From Takakia lepidozioides (taxonomy: Eukaryota > Plantae > Bryophyta), in assembly GCA_030704615.1 (NCBI GenBank), contig CM060734.1, positions 38,750,001 to 38,814,000 on the forward strand: a stretch of DNA of 64,000 nt. The letters run 5' to 3'. The notes under the pieces were generated by a model, which did not search any database, was not told the DNA's origin, and worked only from the letters and a program-made list of their open reading frames with translations. A program made the position numbers and the translations under genes. Shown here in pieces: positions 37,186 to 51,900 of the stretch. Within the stretch, counting starts at the first letter, position 1. Each line of letters opens with the position of its first letter.

Positions 37186-39177
37186 TCACCAATAGTCCCC
37201 ACAAGAACAAACACCCTCTTGGAAGTGGTGGAACCGGTTGGCATCCCGTAAAACAACCGGTCGCCCAACAATCTTTGAGATGAATTTCATGGCGGTGTGG
37301 CAGTCACCACACACCCGAAGGTTTTTTATCACATGAATAGGCATCCCAGGGGACGTGCTGATGAGCCCATAAGCAATGGCCAGCTTCTCACTGTGGTAAC
37401 AAAGAGAAAGTTCCTTTTGTTCCTCCTCCACATCATGCAATATAAAGCGCGTGTCGGGCACATATCCAGCCTCCTTCATCTGGCCACACAAAATCTTTAG
37501 CTCAGCATGGATTTCCTCAATTTGTGGGTGTATTCTGTCATCTACAAAGAATGCATGCACGCGGCTGTTGACCTCAATGCAGCTGCAACCTGCCTCCTTT
37601 CTAACGCCTCTGTCCACCATCAATTTTCTCACCTTTGCTTTATCATCCCACCTGCCAGCTGCAGCATATATGTTAGATAAAAGCACATAAGCTGCAGGGT
37701 GCTCCGGATCCCGCTTGAGTACGAATTGGGCCACACGTTCTGCTACCTCCACATCAGCATGAATTCTGCAAGCTCCAAGCAAGGCCCTCCACACCCCAGC
37801 ATCTGGTTTGATGGGCATGTTGTTAACAAAGTCCTCTGCTTTGTGGAATTGCCCTGCACGGCCAAGTAGATCCACCATGCAGCCAAAATGCTCGACAGTA
37901 GGTGTGAGGCCATAATCTTGACTCATAGACCCGAAGTAACGGCAGCCTTCATCCACTAGGCCCACATGGCTGCATGCAGAGAGAACCGAAATCAAGGTGA
38001 TGCCATCCGGCTTCAAGCCTTCCTTTTGCATTAATGCAAATAGTTGGAGGACCTCCCTACCACACCCATGATGAGCATATCCTGCCATCATCACATTCCA
38101 TGACACCACGTCTCGTTGAACCATTTTGTCAAACACTTGACGAGCATCCTTTATGGACCCACATTTGGCATACGTGCCAACAAGGGCATTCTCCAAATTA
38201 ATATAAGACACGATTCCAGCTTTCATAACGTCAACATGAACCTGCTTGCCCCTTTCTAGGGCTCCTAGATTGGCACAGGCATTGAAAACACAGATAAACG
38301 TGACCCTGTCGGGTATTACCCCTTCCAGTCGCATTTGCTCATAGATTCTGAGAGCCCCTTCACTATGCCCACACTGAGCATATCCTGCGATCATAGCACT
38401 CCACGAGACCGTATCTCGATAAGACATTTTGTCGAAGACTTGCTGAGCGTCCTTTACACTCCCACATTTACAATACATGTGAACTAGGCTGGTATCCAAA
38501 AAAATGTCTGACGCACTTCCAGTTTCAATGAATTCAGTGTGGACCCTCTTACCCCTATCCAGGGCTCCTAGGGTGGCACAAGCATTGAGAGCGGTAGTGT
38601 ATGTGACCTTCCCGGGCCTCATGCCTTCTTGCTGCATTTGCTCGTACAGTCTGAAAGCCTCCTCGGCCTGCCCATGCGCGATATATCCTGCCATTATCAG
38701 AGTCCAAATGTGCAGATCTCGTTTTGGCATTGCCTCAAACACCTGACGTGCATCCACCATGCTCCCACACTTGGTATACATGTTGACAAGGGTATTGACT
38801 ACACAAATGTTTGGCTTGAATGCACTTCGGATGATGTGGGCATGAACTTGCTTTCCCTCTTCCAGGGCTTTCATCTTGATGCACCCCTGCAAGAGACAAA
38901 CATAAATATTGGAATCTGCTCCAGCGCCTCGTTGGTCCAGAATGTGAAGTGCCTCTTCCAATCTTCCATCCTTACACAGTGTGCGAACATCTGCACGAGT
39001 AGCGAAAGTAATTTTGTCGATTTCCTCTCCTGGCCTTCCTTTAAAACTGGTGGTGGTCGTGCTCACCCGACCGCCAGTCCCAAGTCTTAATGCTTGTACA
39101 TATTTCACAGAAGAGCTCCTCATTAAGACAACCTGTTCACTAAGGTTGAGACATTGAAACATAAAACCTTCGGCCAC
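37186..39177 (-). CDS. PLS-class pentatricopeptide repeat protein with E and DYW deaminase domains (organellar C-to-U RNA editing factor)
   Basis: P/L/S repeats ([18 protein letters not shown]), E domain ([16 protein letters not shown]), DYW domain with HSEKLA, CGDCH and terminal CSCGDYW. A possible upstream exon (39565-39397) would extend the targeting peptide. Confidence 0.95.
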   Translation of the reverse strand: MAEGFMFQCLNLSEQVVLMRSSSVKYVQALRLGTGGRVSTTTTSFKGRPGEEIDKITFATRADVRTLCKDGRLEEALHILDQRGAGADSNIYVCLLQGCIKMKALEEGKQVHAHIIRSAFKPNICVVNTLVNMYTKCGSMVDARQVFEAMPKRDLHIWTLIMAGYIAHGQAEEAFRLYEQMQQEGMRPGKVTYTTALNACATLGALDRGKRVHTEFIETGSASDIFLDTSLVHMYCKCGSVKDAQQVFDKMSYRDTVSWSAMIAGYAQCGHSEGALRIYEQMRLEGVIPDRVTFICVFNACANLGALERGKQVHVDVMKAGIVSYINLENALVGTYAKCGSIKDARQVFDKMVQRDVVSWNVMMAGYAHHGCGREVLQLFALMQKEGLKPDGITLISVLSACSHVGLVDEGCRYFGSMSQDYGLTPTVEHFGCMVDLLGRAGQFHKAEDFVNNMPIKPDAGVWRALLGACRIHADVEVAERVAQFVLKRDPEHPAAYVLLSNIYAAAGRWDDKAKVRKLMVDRGVRKEAGCSCIEVNSRVHAFFVDDRIHPQIEEIHAELKILCGQMKEAGYVPDTRFILHDVEEEQKELSLCYHSEKLAIAYGLISTSPGMPIHVIKNLRVCGDCHTAMKFISKIVGRPVVLRDANRFHHFQEGVCSCGDYW

Positions 39178-39986
39178 TCAGTAAACCACCAAAATAATCT
39201 TCAATCCAAAATCCAGCTAGGCTCCGTGAGAGACAGATGTGCGGCTGCATGGGGGAGAAGAGCCGACACAGGAAAGCAGGGATCAAGTCATCCATGTAGA
39301 AGCAGCAAAGAGATTCCACAGGTTGCTCAAACAGAGCGGCTATACATAACCTCGGTTGAATTTGTAGTCTGTAGATCGTCGAGACACCTAACATACCCCG
39401 GCTGGCACAGCATTTGGGTCTTAAACAGCCGTCTCCCTCATCACCGCAAAGGGGAGATGCGCCCAGTTTCCCAGAGTAGTAAGACAGCACAATTGTTCGC
39501 TTTGCAGCACTCCGTATGAATGCCCTGGTCTTCTCCCAACTTCCATAGATCGTAAGACCTCCCATCGCCTATAATAAACCGTCTGCTAACCCCAAAGCAA
39601 ACATCACGCCCACGATCAGAGAGAGCCCTCTCTGAAATCCCTCTTCCAAGTGTTCTCTCTCGAAATCATGCGATCGACAGGAAACCAGCGCCCCACAGAA
39701 AAACCCAAAACATTTACGACAACATCTTTTACGATTTAATTATATTCAACTAAAAGTGGGTACGCAAGAGACGGGGCGGGTGTATTCAACCCCAGAGTGG
39801 GCTAGCGTAGAGCGCACTTGCACAGCCGTGGTGTGGGTTTGTGGAAGTGAGGGGGAAGCACCTCGTTACGATTTCCAAGCATCCTCTGCCTGGATCTGGT
39901 GTGCGGCATAACAAGTTGCAGGTGAGTTGTTGTTTGCAGTGTGTTTCTCTTCCCGGCAGCTCCGCCTGTCTTTGACTACCGACACA

Positions 39987-42900
39987 ATGTCTCGGGAGAT
40001 GTCGATGAGGGTGATCAACTCGCCGTCCTCGGAGGTGGCCCTCACCAATTGTGCTTACTGCTCGCGATCTGACTTCGCCTGTTTTCAACTGCGTTCGAAG
40101 GATTTTGGCATGGTTTCTGTGGACAAGATCGTTCTCACAGTCCAATATCCTTTTTGCACATTCAGTATGTCGTCCCTTCCCAGATCGCTGCATGACTTCG
40201 ATGGGGATGCACGCTTACCTCGCGGTGTTTCTAGTCTGAGGGTGACTCTGTCAGGGTGAATCTGCACTTGTCTCCACAATGTCTCCCGTCCAGTTTCCAT
40301 GATGCAATTCTCCAGTTTTAAACTGTGCTTGTTTTTCTCTTTCTGTCCGGCTCTTTCTGTACCTCTCCTGACGTTCGTACCCCGATTGCATCTCTGACTT
40401 AGCTCAGATTTATTCGAAAGTTTGGATGGGAAAGAACTCCCAACCAACAAATTTGTGGGGAGCCTTAACCTGCTATCACGCTACATAGACAGGATGGGGT
40501 ACAAGGTTCATTGCAGCTGTCGAACTGTCTGCTGGTTTTTCCGGTTACCTTGGGGGTGACCTTGGACATTTGAAGTATGAGTTCAAAAATATGTGAGGCA
40601 CCAGTACATTCCGATGGGATTATTGCCGTCACGTCTGAGGGTGAGGGTGCCTTTGCGTTCAAATAAAGTATTGTAGATAGCTCCAGGGAGCACCCATAGA
40701 GCTAGGACAAACACTTAGGTGGGACATTTGTATGAAAATGTAAGCGATGTGGTTATCCTTGACCAAAGAGTTCACAGCTCATGATTTGGTACAGCAAAAC
40801 TGTCTTGCTCTCAACTCTATCCAACGCCGCATAGTGAGGGTTTCTTCAGGAGATTCGATCTCTGTGTCCAGGTATTTGCCTTCCACTCCTACCCTTTCTG
40901 TTCAACTGTCTACTTTCTTCGATTCCCCAGCTGACTGACTTCCGTTTGCCTCCGTCGCGTTTGTGCCTCCCTCTCTACCTGACTCCAAAGAAGTTATGGC
41001 TAGAGTTTAGATATATTCTTATAGTTTGGTTCCTTCTGTATATGGACTGCACCATCTCAAAGTTGCAACTTTGTCCGCTCTGTTGCAAGGACATGTTTGT
41101 TAGGGGTTTTCAAGGCACTGTAGGTCTAGGAGGATCTTGCAACGATCAATTTGTAGGGTTTCAGCAGGGTTTTAGTTATGGCAATTCTGAGCTGTTCACA
41201 TTGGAGTTGAGATTTTAGTTGAGGGCAGGGTGGAGGTGATAGGCCTTCGAAATGGTCTACTTATTTGCCATACGTAGGGCAGCTTTGATCTATTTCCTGG
41301 TAATCCTCCAAAGGATGTTTTCAGATTTTGTTTCCGCTATGTTGGTCTTAGAATAAAGTCTAGAAAGCACATATGAACAAACTAGATTCTAGTGTGGCAC
41401 CAAAGAGCCTTGGCAATTCTCTTCTTCAGTGTAGCACGGGTTGTAGCTGTCTCCTGCCTTTAGCTGCGAGATTATTGCATGGCAGGTTTGTACCTCCAGA
41501 TTATGGTTTCAACTTGATGGTTGTCAATGCTGAGCTCGATTTTTTCTCAAAAAACAAGAAGACAAATGAACAGGTACCCTTACCCCTGTTCCTTAACTTA
41601 TGGAAAGTATTGGTTGTTTGTAACATCAGTTTTTCCTGTCTCGAGGCATGAAAAGGATGTAATCCTTCATTTCTTAAAAAGCTTTTTCTCCTCCTGATCT
41701 GTAGACCTTGTAGTTATAGCATTTCCATTGCAATGAACAAGAAGACGAGGATCACTGGAGTTAGGTTATGGGGGGTTTTTCAGTACTTGCTGGGTAGATA
41801 CGGTTCTGTATTCACATCATATCTTCCATATCCAACAATAGTTCTGCCTTACAAGTCCTGGCACCTTGACACCATCAGCTTTTGCAGATGCAATGCCAGC
41901 CAGTATTGTGAGTCTAATGGCAGTTAGGGCACGGTAGAGGCCCCTTCAGTCTGCAGGCTACAAATTCAATCAATGTTATGTACATACAGGATCCAAAAGC
42001 TCGTGTGTTGTTGGTTGGGCTGAACGTCATTAGGAGATTGAATCATACTGGTCAGTGAACAGGGAAGGTGATAGAAGACAGGAAGAAATTGAATGCCAAT
42101 TTCCTGCATGCTAGAAATAGCATACCAGTACGGTGACCGTGAAATTTTAGTTGGCCGAACGGAAGGGCAGAAACGTGACACAGGCAGAGAGAGAGGAACA
42201 TAATAATTTTTGGTATCAGAAACATACTTCCTTAAGAGACTCACATGAAAAACATTGCTGTTGCTGAGCAGCTGGTGGAACTTGCTTGCTGCTGCTTATA
42301 TCCTTGATCCATACTACCCTTTGTCAACTCCTCTCCCAAGAGCAATTGCACACCGCTAGCAGTCTCATATTTTGAGTTTCGTTGTGCAGCTTGATTCCAT
42401 ACTTATCTCTAAGGAGCTCATAAAGAGATTTGCAGGCCAGGTATGTGATATGCTGATCTTTGCGCTGCTAATCCGGGAAAGCAAAATGTCTTTCTCAGAG
42501 CACATGTGTGATGGATTGTACAGCCTCTCCTGTGTAAATTGTCATGCACCATCTACAATTGGCCACTGTGCGGACCTAACTGGCCACCTCCTTCTTTCCT
42601 GTGGAGCCCAAAGTCACAGGATGTCCGAAGGAAAGTGAAGCCACTTTGACCAAATGCTCCATGCGCACTTGCAGATAGTTATTTCCCATACAGGTACCCT
42701 ATCTGTGACAGATTGCCACATGGCAAGGTGCGCATGGTTAAATAATTTGCTTAACCTATTTGGCATTCACATCTGGAGGTACCAGCAACAGATAGTATAA
42801 CCCCTGCTCAGAGCAGGGGTTAAGCGAGCTGTGAATTTTACACTAGGGTGCTACCTGCCACAGCTATCTTTGAAATTCAGCTATCCATGTGGCACTTACA

Positions 42901-45900
42901 TTTGCCACATGGGATAGCCATGAGCAAGTGTGAATAACAGATATGTTACACCTGCAGATAGTGATGCCATATTGGATATATATTGTTATGTACCTGCAAG
43001 TGCGAAAGAAGCTTTAGCCATTGTAGTCGCACACTTTGACTTCCTCACTTCGGAGTCTCTCAGACTTTCATATTTTGAGAACAATCTCTAGCTAAGCTCT
43101 GCCACTTCTGGCATGAACAGGTTCTGACAGTGGATCAGAAGGTATCGTTTGAGTACCATGGCACTAACTACACGTTTAGTGTTGTTGGAACGCTGGTAGA
43201 AGGCCAGTTGGAGAAGACCACACGTGGTATGCTGACTAAAAATACCCACTTCGTGTTTGAGACAGCCAGCAACTCAGGCATTAAGGTCAGTATTCTTGCA
43301 GCTCTTACATTTTGTCTTTCTATGAACCATCTCTGTTCTATCTTATTTTTAGTTCTGGTTAAGGATGATATGCTGTTCCAAATAGAAAGTGTGCCTGTTT
43401 TGATGAGAGGAACTTTGCCCCACATCTTCACCCTCAAAACTTCTGTGACATTAATTGTGGTACAAAACTTGATCCTTAACTCTCATTGATCACCACACGT
43501 CTTTTGGAATTCTCATGTCATCCTTGCGCTGGCGGTCTCTTTTGATGCAAGGATGACAGAGTTCCAGGGCAGGGATTGTCTGATGTTTAGATTGGTATAG
43601 AATGGTGCTAAATCTGGGTTATTAAAAGTGTGTCGGTAAAGGCTAGTCTTAAATCTGGGTTTCGAAGTGGGTTTGTGCTTACGAGGCTGTCCTAGTCGAG
43701 CTTAACCAGTTTTGGTGATGGGCAGGGCCCATTCATTTGTAAATGGTAGTGCAAATCTTGATGAATGAAATTTGTCAGAAGCAGTAAAACTGTGCTCTTG
43801 TATAACGAGTAAGGGCTTTGCTTCAACTATTGTGACCTATTGTGTACCTATAGAAGGAACTGATTACGAAACCCAACAGCTATGGTGGCACAAAGGTCAG
43901 CATTTACCCCATGCAACTGGCAGTCTGTGGTTGTTCTGGGCCAGTTTGCTTGGCTCACGGCTTCAATGAGATGAACTTGATATCTACTCCGGAATTTGTC
44001 TAACACTGAATTTGTAACCAGGGTCTTGTGAGTTCAATGTTGGAACAAGGCTATTACATTAATTGCAGACTAATTTTGACTTTCTTATGGTGCAGATTGT
44101 GAATCAACAGGGAGGGCAAACCAATAACTTGTTCAAGGCGAAGGACTTCAACTTCCAAAAGTTGGGGATAGGTGGTCTGGATGCTGAATTTGCTGACATT
44201 TTTCGACGAGCATTTGCTTCAAGAATCTTCCCGCCCCATGTTATTGCCAAGTAAGTTGCACAGTCTACCATATGTGCATGCAGTATGTATCTTGCAGGAT
44301 TGCCTGATAGTGGTATCCTCGTGTGATCATAAGCCAGACATGTCACTGTCAGGGTACAACAATTGTAGGTACGGCTGAACATTCACCAAATCCGCTTTTC
44401 ATAGCTTTGTTTGAGATCAATGATCCCTTTGTTCACTTCTGGTGCCTGATATCATTGGGTAGAACAAGATTAGGAAATAACGAATTTAAATGAAAAATGT
44501 TTATTGACAGAGGGCTCAGAGAGATGAGATATATAATACGACTATTACTCAGTGCAGGCATCTAATGCATAATGTGCAGTTCCGGATCCCTAGCAAATTA
44601 CTGACATGGAGGTAACGATGTATTTATGCACATTACACTCATCCAGACAGCAAGTATTTGTGTTGTTCGTCTGATGGATGTTCTCTTCGTGGGATAAATG
44701 TAGGTTGGGGATCCCACATGTGAAGGGGCTTCTGCTATATGGCCCCCCTGGTACAGGAAAAACTCTTATTGCTCGACAAATTGGCAAAATGCTCAATGGG
44801 CGTGAACCCAAGGTAGAGTTGTTGGGTTGAATGTGAAGCGGTGTGAGTTTACTGCTGTAGCAGACCTCTTTTTCATGTATGTTGTCATGTGTCCAATTTA
44901 TTCTGCTACAAAGGTCATTAAGACATGGGTTGATAGCTCAAACAGCCAAATTAGATCTCAGGTCCCTTCAGTATCATCCCTTTAGGTCCCTCAAGTTAGA
45001 TTATTTTCTATTGCTCTACATGCTAGAAGGAACTTATGTTGTGTGCTGGTGCTTGCACTGTAAAGGGCCGTGGAGTGGTGAAATGGCAATACTTTTGTGT
45101 TGATGACCTTATCTTTGTATCAGTTTTACCCCTGTGCAGGTTGTGAATGGACCTGAAGTCCTCAGCAAGTTTGTGGGAGAGACTGAGAAGAATGTGCGAG
45201 ATCTTTTTGCAGATGCTGAAATCGATCAGAAGGAACGGGGTAAGTCATTGTGGATGCCACTGTTTGCTCCTGTATGTGGGTGGATTGGTTTTTCTTGTTG
45301 TGACATCTGTGGTTTGCAGATGAATGGGAATCTGTTGGCCATAACCTCAATGCAGGACTCTGGCTTCACCTCATGTGGCTCCAGTCCTCTGATCTGGGTC
45401 TACCAAAGGACCATTATGTGACACAAGCCAGACTTACACTGTTGACCTTCCTGTTGTGCCTGAGGCAGGGGTGCATGTCCTGAGTACTAATGCTGAACCT
45501 AAACTAATCTTTCACTGTCAGGGTTCTCCCTACACTAAAGTTCTGTTCCTTCTTTTCAAGAGCGTTAGAATCTAAGGAAGAGATCGTTCTGGATGAGGTA
45601 ATCTGCAACTGCAGGAGTAAGGTTTGCAGCCATAGCCTTAACCAGGGCGAAAGGGTGGCATTAGCTTCTGATAAAATTTTGCTCGCTTACTTTGTCAAAG
45701 ATTGGACTTAACCTTTTCAGCAGGCGGCATTGTGTTTCTTTCAAAAGTGGAAAAAATCCAGGCCTGCCATTTCCTAATGTTTTGCAACAATTCCTTCCAG
45801 TTCCCATGATGAGTCCAGCTACAAACATTGGAAGAGAGTCTAGAAACAACTAGACAAACGTGAAATTTGAGGTTAATAGGAGTGAAATATGACTCATCGC

Positions 45901-48900
45901 CCAGAATTGTAAAATTATGCATCATGTGTTGCCAGATCGAATGTTACCCTTTACCAAGTGCTACTCTTGCCACTGCAATCTGACTGTGCCTCTTATTGTA
46001 GTGCAGGGGACCAAAGTGACCTGCATATCATTATCTTCGATGAGCTTGATGCCATTTGCAAGGTTTACCCAGTCCGACAATATCATATCATTGTTGTTGT
46101 TGTGGTCTTCACCATTAAGATCACCTGTGCAGATGTCTCGTAAGATTTGGCCCTGCTGGAAAAATTTGGTAGTTGCGTAGGGTGATACCTTGGCCTTTTC
46201 AGTATCACTGAAGCATGGTGCTTGTCAGTACTACTCTTCATTCCAGTTCTGGTTGAAAACTCTTCTGTTATTTCTGCTATCATTTTTTATTTCCTGCTGG
46301 TGATATTTGGACATGTCTTTGCCTTTTATTACTTGTCATTCAGACTAGAGGGTCAACGAGAGATGGCACTGGAGTGCACGACAGCATTGTCAATCAGCTG
46401 CTTACCAAGGTGAGTATCAGACTTTTCAAATTGATTGTTTTGTTCATCATGATTGTTCTGTTTATCTGCTTGTAAGGTATACCAGGAAACATTGGTTGGA
46501 CAACTATGAAAAGCTTCAATCTTGATTGGTCAGCTTCACTTTGATATTAAAACCTTTCATGGATTTTGCTTGGCGTTTTTCCAACAAACTGACGTGTGCC
46601 TGAATAGTCATGTTTCTTTTCACATGCTGCTTTTCTGTTTTGTCAGTTGGCTTGCCTGAGTGGTATGTTTTGCCGACTGTCAGTTTGGCTTGCTCTACAT
46701 TTGGCACTCTCAACAATCTGTTTTCTTGGTCTTATACTTTATAGTTTGCCCCAATTTGCACAGACCTAGAAATGTTGGTATGCTATAGGAACTTCAGATT
46801 TGGACGCACCTTCTGGCTTCTTGTTCATTTCAGCTGTTTTAATTTGTGGAGAATAAGCAAACCCTGCCATCGCCTATATAAGCACTTCTGAAACTTGAGT
46901 TCTATGGTGCTGGGCAGATTGATGGTGTTGAAGCTCTCAACAACATTTTGCTGATTGGAATGACAAACAGAAAGGATCTTCTTGATGAAGCCTTACTCCG
47001 GTAAGAACACTCCAATCTACTGTCTGTCATCACACAGCACTGGCAGGACCTGCTCTCTCGTGGAAAGTATATGTAATAAATGTGTCCTTCCTTTTGTGTT
47101 CATGACATGTGTGCAAACTCTATTCATATGTAGTGCTGTAATCTATGAAGTGAGAAAGCTATCAAAATGTTGAGATGGCAAATCCATACCATGTGTTTTC
47201 TCATGGTTCGTTAGGATAGGTTGGCCTAACCTATTTTGTCTGCTGGACGATTGTATGTTATTTAGTTTTTTGTGACTTATATTATTGTGTGCAGTCCAGG
47301 GCGTATGGAAGTGCAGATTGAGATTGGACTGCCAGATGAGAAAGGGCGGGTTCAAATCCTGGCCATCCACTCCAGTAAAATGAAGGAGAATTCATTTCTT
47401 GGTGCTGACGTCAACTTGGAGGAGCTTGGTAAGCTCATGCTTCTGTCAGCAGAGCGATGGAATTCACCTGCATTCACTAGTCCGGTTGCACAGAACAGTC
47501 ATGGATAGTGATTCAAGGTGGATAATGAGTGTTGGTAAGAAAGTGGGTTAATTTGGTAGTTTTGCATATTTGAAGGGTGAGGCGCCTACCTACCTCATTG
47601 TTTGCCTGTTTTTTATAGCAACAAACTGTTGGTGAACTCTGCTTGATGTGTTTGGTTTGTGTAGCCACAAGAACAAAGAATTTTAGTGGTGCAGAGTTGG
47701 AGGGGCTGGTAAAAAGTGCTACCTCATTCGCACTCAACAGGTGATATTCCAATTTTCTTTTTTCCATGAGAAAAGGTTTTTGTCAAGTGATGCGGACAGA
47801 TAACAATTTTGTCTTACTAATAATGTTGTCTCATCACTTGCCAATTTGAAAGTCAATAACTTGAAAGGAGAACATGAGGAGTTGCAATTAAATTTGACCT
47901 GTTCAAATTGATCTTTTCACTCTGGGGTTTGAGTTGAAGGTACTCCGATGGTGAATCGCAGATAGGTCAAAATATGAATTGTGTCAATTGATCTCTTCAA
48001 ATTAGGAGGAACCTGAAGAATTGCGTAGTGTAAGTCAAATGCTGGAGGTAGGTGTTCTAATTAACATCAGAGTGGCTATGGCTAATATGGGACCAGGAGT
48101 TGAAGGGATAGTTGGGCTGTAGTGCGGCCATCGTCAAATTCTAGATATTGTATCCAGCATTTGCTGCCATTGCAAGTCACCAAACTGTCTTTTGACACTT
48201 CAAAAGATCTTAAGATAAGTTTTATCAACCCAAAACTGATTGTTTTGTGAAACTGGAAGGCAAGTGAACCTTGATGATCTATCGAAACCACTGGATGAGG
48301 ACAACATCAAAGTCACTATGGAGGATTTTCTGGCGGCACTCATGGAGGTGAAACCGGCATTTGGTGTGGCCATGAACTCTCTGGAGATGTGCAGGTCCTT
48401 CTATTTCTCCTTTTCTCTGTGCCTCCCCGAGTGGTTCTCTTTCTTTTAGCAAGGTGATGCACTAAGCTAGCCGGAAGTTTGTGTTGGTATGTCATTTTCT
48501 TGAGCCTTTGTAAAAAGAACACGCTTGGTTGGACCTGACGAGAGAGTTACCTGAATCAGGGTGTTGTCTGCTGCTTATTGATTGGCTTGTGGCATGGCAG
48601 ACTGAATGGCATGCTGGATTGTGGAGAGAGACATTCACACATCCAAAAGACTGCGATGACTTTTGTTGAGCAAGTCAAGAAAAGCGAGCGAACTCCCCTT
48701 CTCACATGTCTTCTTGAAGGGCCCAACGGCAGGTCTGTGTCCCTTTCGTGTAATTTTACCAGTACTGAAGTGTTCTTTTTTTGTTATGGTTTATGTTCTT
48801 TCTTGTCATGCATTTCTTTCTTCTTGTTTTTTTCTCTCCTTTTCAAAATGTTACATTTTTAAGAGGAAAGGGACAAGACCCCAGATCAAATTTCTAACAA

Positions 48901-51900
48901 AACCTCCTCACCTAACAGAGATGCCAGGAAGGCAACAAAAGGATGCCAAATACATGCCACAGGACCCAAACAGAAGCCCTTGAAAAAGTAGCCCAAAACT
49001 AAGTAGAAGCCCAAGACCCTCCAACAGATCACCTATCTCTCCCCTTCTCTCTCACCAGTGGATGTGCCTTTCTGTCTGTGTCTCTCTTCTCTTGCTTTCA
49101 CATGGATTTTTCTTGGTGTTCTTCCCCCTTGGGAGGTTAGAATTTTTTGTTCTTTATTTCTCTACACACGACGTACTCACTCTTTGGGCAATGTGTGAAG
49201 TCTTTTGATGTGGTTTCTTGTTATTCTATAACATCACATGGGCCCTCAGTCCCCCATGTGGACTTTTTAAAATGTACTCATGACACGTTGTTCGCCATAG
49301 CCTTGTGGCCATAGACCTCGTGCCCAGTTTGTGGACTTCATAATGTTTCTGTGTTTTTTGCATTCTCTACATCCCTTGCAAGGGCCTTGGTACCTTCTGC
49401 ATTGGTTCTCGCACCCCACTGGGTGCTGGAATATGACAGCCTCCCGCCAGAAACTAGAGACAGTTTTTCTCCTGTCCTAGATAAAATCCCAGTCTTGGCA
49501 AAGGCCTTCAGCTTTAAGCACCCAAAGTGTCTGGTTGCTCATTTTCAAACGGCACTATAGCTTTAACAGATGTTTGGGCTTCTTGTTGTTCTACTTGTCC
49601 AATGGGGCCGTAAAGGTCCCTTGTGGACATTATAACCTATCTTTCTAATTTCTTTCTCGTAGCAGCTTACCTACTTGAGGCACTCCGTCTCCGAGCAATG
49701 TTTGGGAAGTTGTCTTGTTTTATCCCATTGGTGCTCAGGCTGTATAGTCAGGATGTGATATCAGCCTATGGGAGCATAGTCTCATAGGGAACCCGCCCTA
49801 TTTTGGATTTTTCCTCCTGTTGTGTGATTGGTTGCGGGGATGAAGGTGTGGGTTGAATGGGAACCCATTTCATTGCAAATGTCTTTCTCATACCCTAGTG
49901 CCCTGCACCCAGTACTTGTCTTGGGACAAATGCTTACTGCTATCATCTCCTGCTCTCATGACATGCCCTGCACTCTCTTGCAGTGGGAAGACAGCATTGG
50001 CGGCAACCATTGGCATTGAGAGCGACTTTCCTTTTATTAAAATTGTAAGATTAACCCTACTTGAAACTCAGGGCTATCCTATGAAGTTTGGGTTCTGGTT
50101 CTCTGGACAGCACTCAGATAGATGTAAATTATCATCTCTGACTATTTTTTGAATACTATTGGTCTATAAAAACCATTAAGGTATCCTGCGTGGTTTTTGC
50201 CAGGGGTTTCTTCTAACTTAAAAGGGTTTCAGGTTCTTGCATTATATGGTATCTTTCATCACCAAGTGCTAAATTTTCTGCTCAGGTGACGGCAGAAAAC
50301 ATGGTGGGTCTTATGGAGAGCACCAAATGTGCGATGATTTCCAAGGTAAGCTTGTACAACCATTGTGGCTTCTCTGAGGAGAAACTCGGCAATCACTGAC
50401 TGACATGGAGATCAACACTTTTCAAGTTTTTGAATCAGGGGAACTTCTGTTACAATGCCTGGACAGCATTCACTATTTGGCAGTGACTTAAAAGGCTAAT
50501 GTTTTTTTTGGCACTTTTTGATTCAAGGAGATTAAATTCAGAGAGTTTACAACCATTTTCCTGGAACCCTTTCCTATCTATGTGTATTTCATTGATGATA
50601 TCAAATCAATATAATGACCCTGGGACTGTTGAGGGTAATTTGGTCACTCATGCAAGAATGTAAATGGGAATGCAGGTATTTGAAGATGCGTATAAGTCTC
50701 CTCTAAGTATCATCATCCTTGATGATGTTGAACGGTGAGTGGGCTTTCTGTCCTATCATGAAAGGGCTTGTTGCAATGTCATGCTGGCTCTTGTAGGCTA
50801 CTCGTCTTTTGGAGTCTGCAACTGTACTTCCTGCCGGTACTGCCTAGAGCATACTGGTTTTGCCACCAACCGGATCTAGAAACATCACCATTTGACAGAT
50901 CCTGACTTGTTTCAATAATCTCAGAAGCTTCTTTCTTGGATGAAAAGAAGTGTGTGAGGGAATAGGTATTGTATAGGATTTAAAGGCTGTTTGGTTGGGT
51001 GCACAGGTTGCTAGAATATGTCAACATTGGGCCTCGCTTCTCAAATGTGATTTTGCAGACCCTACTAGTGCTTCTTAAGCGTATTCCTCCCAAGGTAATG
51101 TCTTCCTGGTTACGAAAGTACTTATTGCAGGATATTCTTATGGTTCCAAGACATATTTTATCATAGATGGAAGTTGTTTAGCAAACCTGACGAGTATATA
51201 GTCAATGAAAGTGGTTGTTTGGTTGTTTCATCCACTCATGGATGTCTCTCATATTTTGGCAGTGGTTTGTATGTGTCAAATTGTGAAAGCTTGTTAGCAA
51301 CATGGGAAGAAATTGTGGGTTTGATCTAGGATTGGTTGAAATCAGAGTGGAACTCGGTATGTACTGGTCCAGGTTTACAATTTTCATGGAAAAAAAAATT
51401 TCTACTGATCTTTTTCCAGGTGTCTTGGTGGGATGACAGGGGAGAAAGCTGCTGGTGGTTGGGACTACTAGCATGCCACAAGATCTTCTCGAGTCCATGG
51501 ACATCCTGTCAGCTTTCAATGTTACTCTGAATGTGCCCACATTGAAGCGTGAGGACATCCGACAGGTACAGATTTTTCTCCCTCTCTACATAGCAATCAC
51601 AGCCACATGTACAATGTGTCAGATTCAGGGCTACAGCAGCTATGCCCGAATGACTATTCCTTGATATGACTCTTACATCAACTGTCATTCCATGGAGTCA
51701 TGTTGTTTTTTGCTGTCTGAGCACAATCATCATTTTGGGGTGAGTTCCCATACCTGGTGTAAGGACCCCACGGCTGGCTCCACATAGCAATCTAATCAAG
51801 CCTTCCCAGGGTAGTCAAAGATCAAGGACTAAGGGTACTAGTCCACTGGCCATGACCTTGTGATTGGCTTTTGTTTGCCAGGTTTTGAAAGAGCTCAATG

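Noticed and set aside
48860-49800. Possible LINE remnant in NSF intron 15
   Set aside because: Composition is suggestive, but no RT or endonuclease motif, poly-A tail or TSD could be identified by eye.
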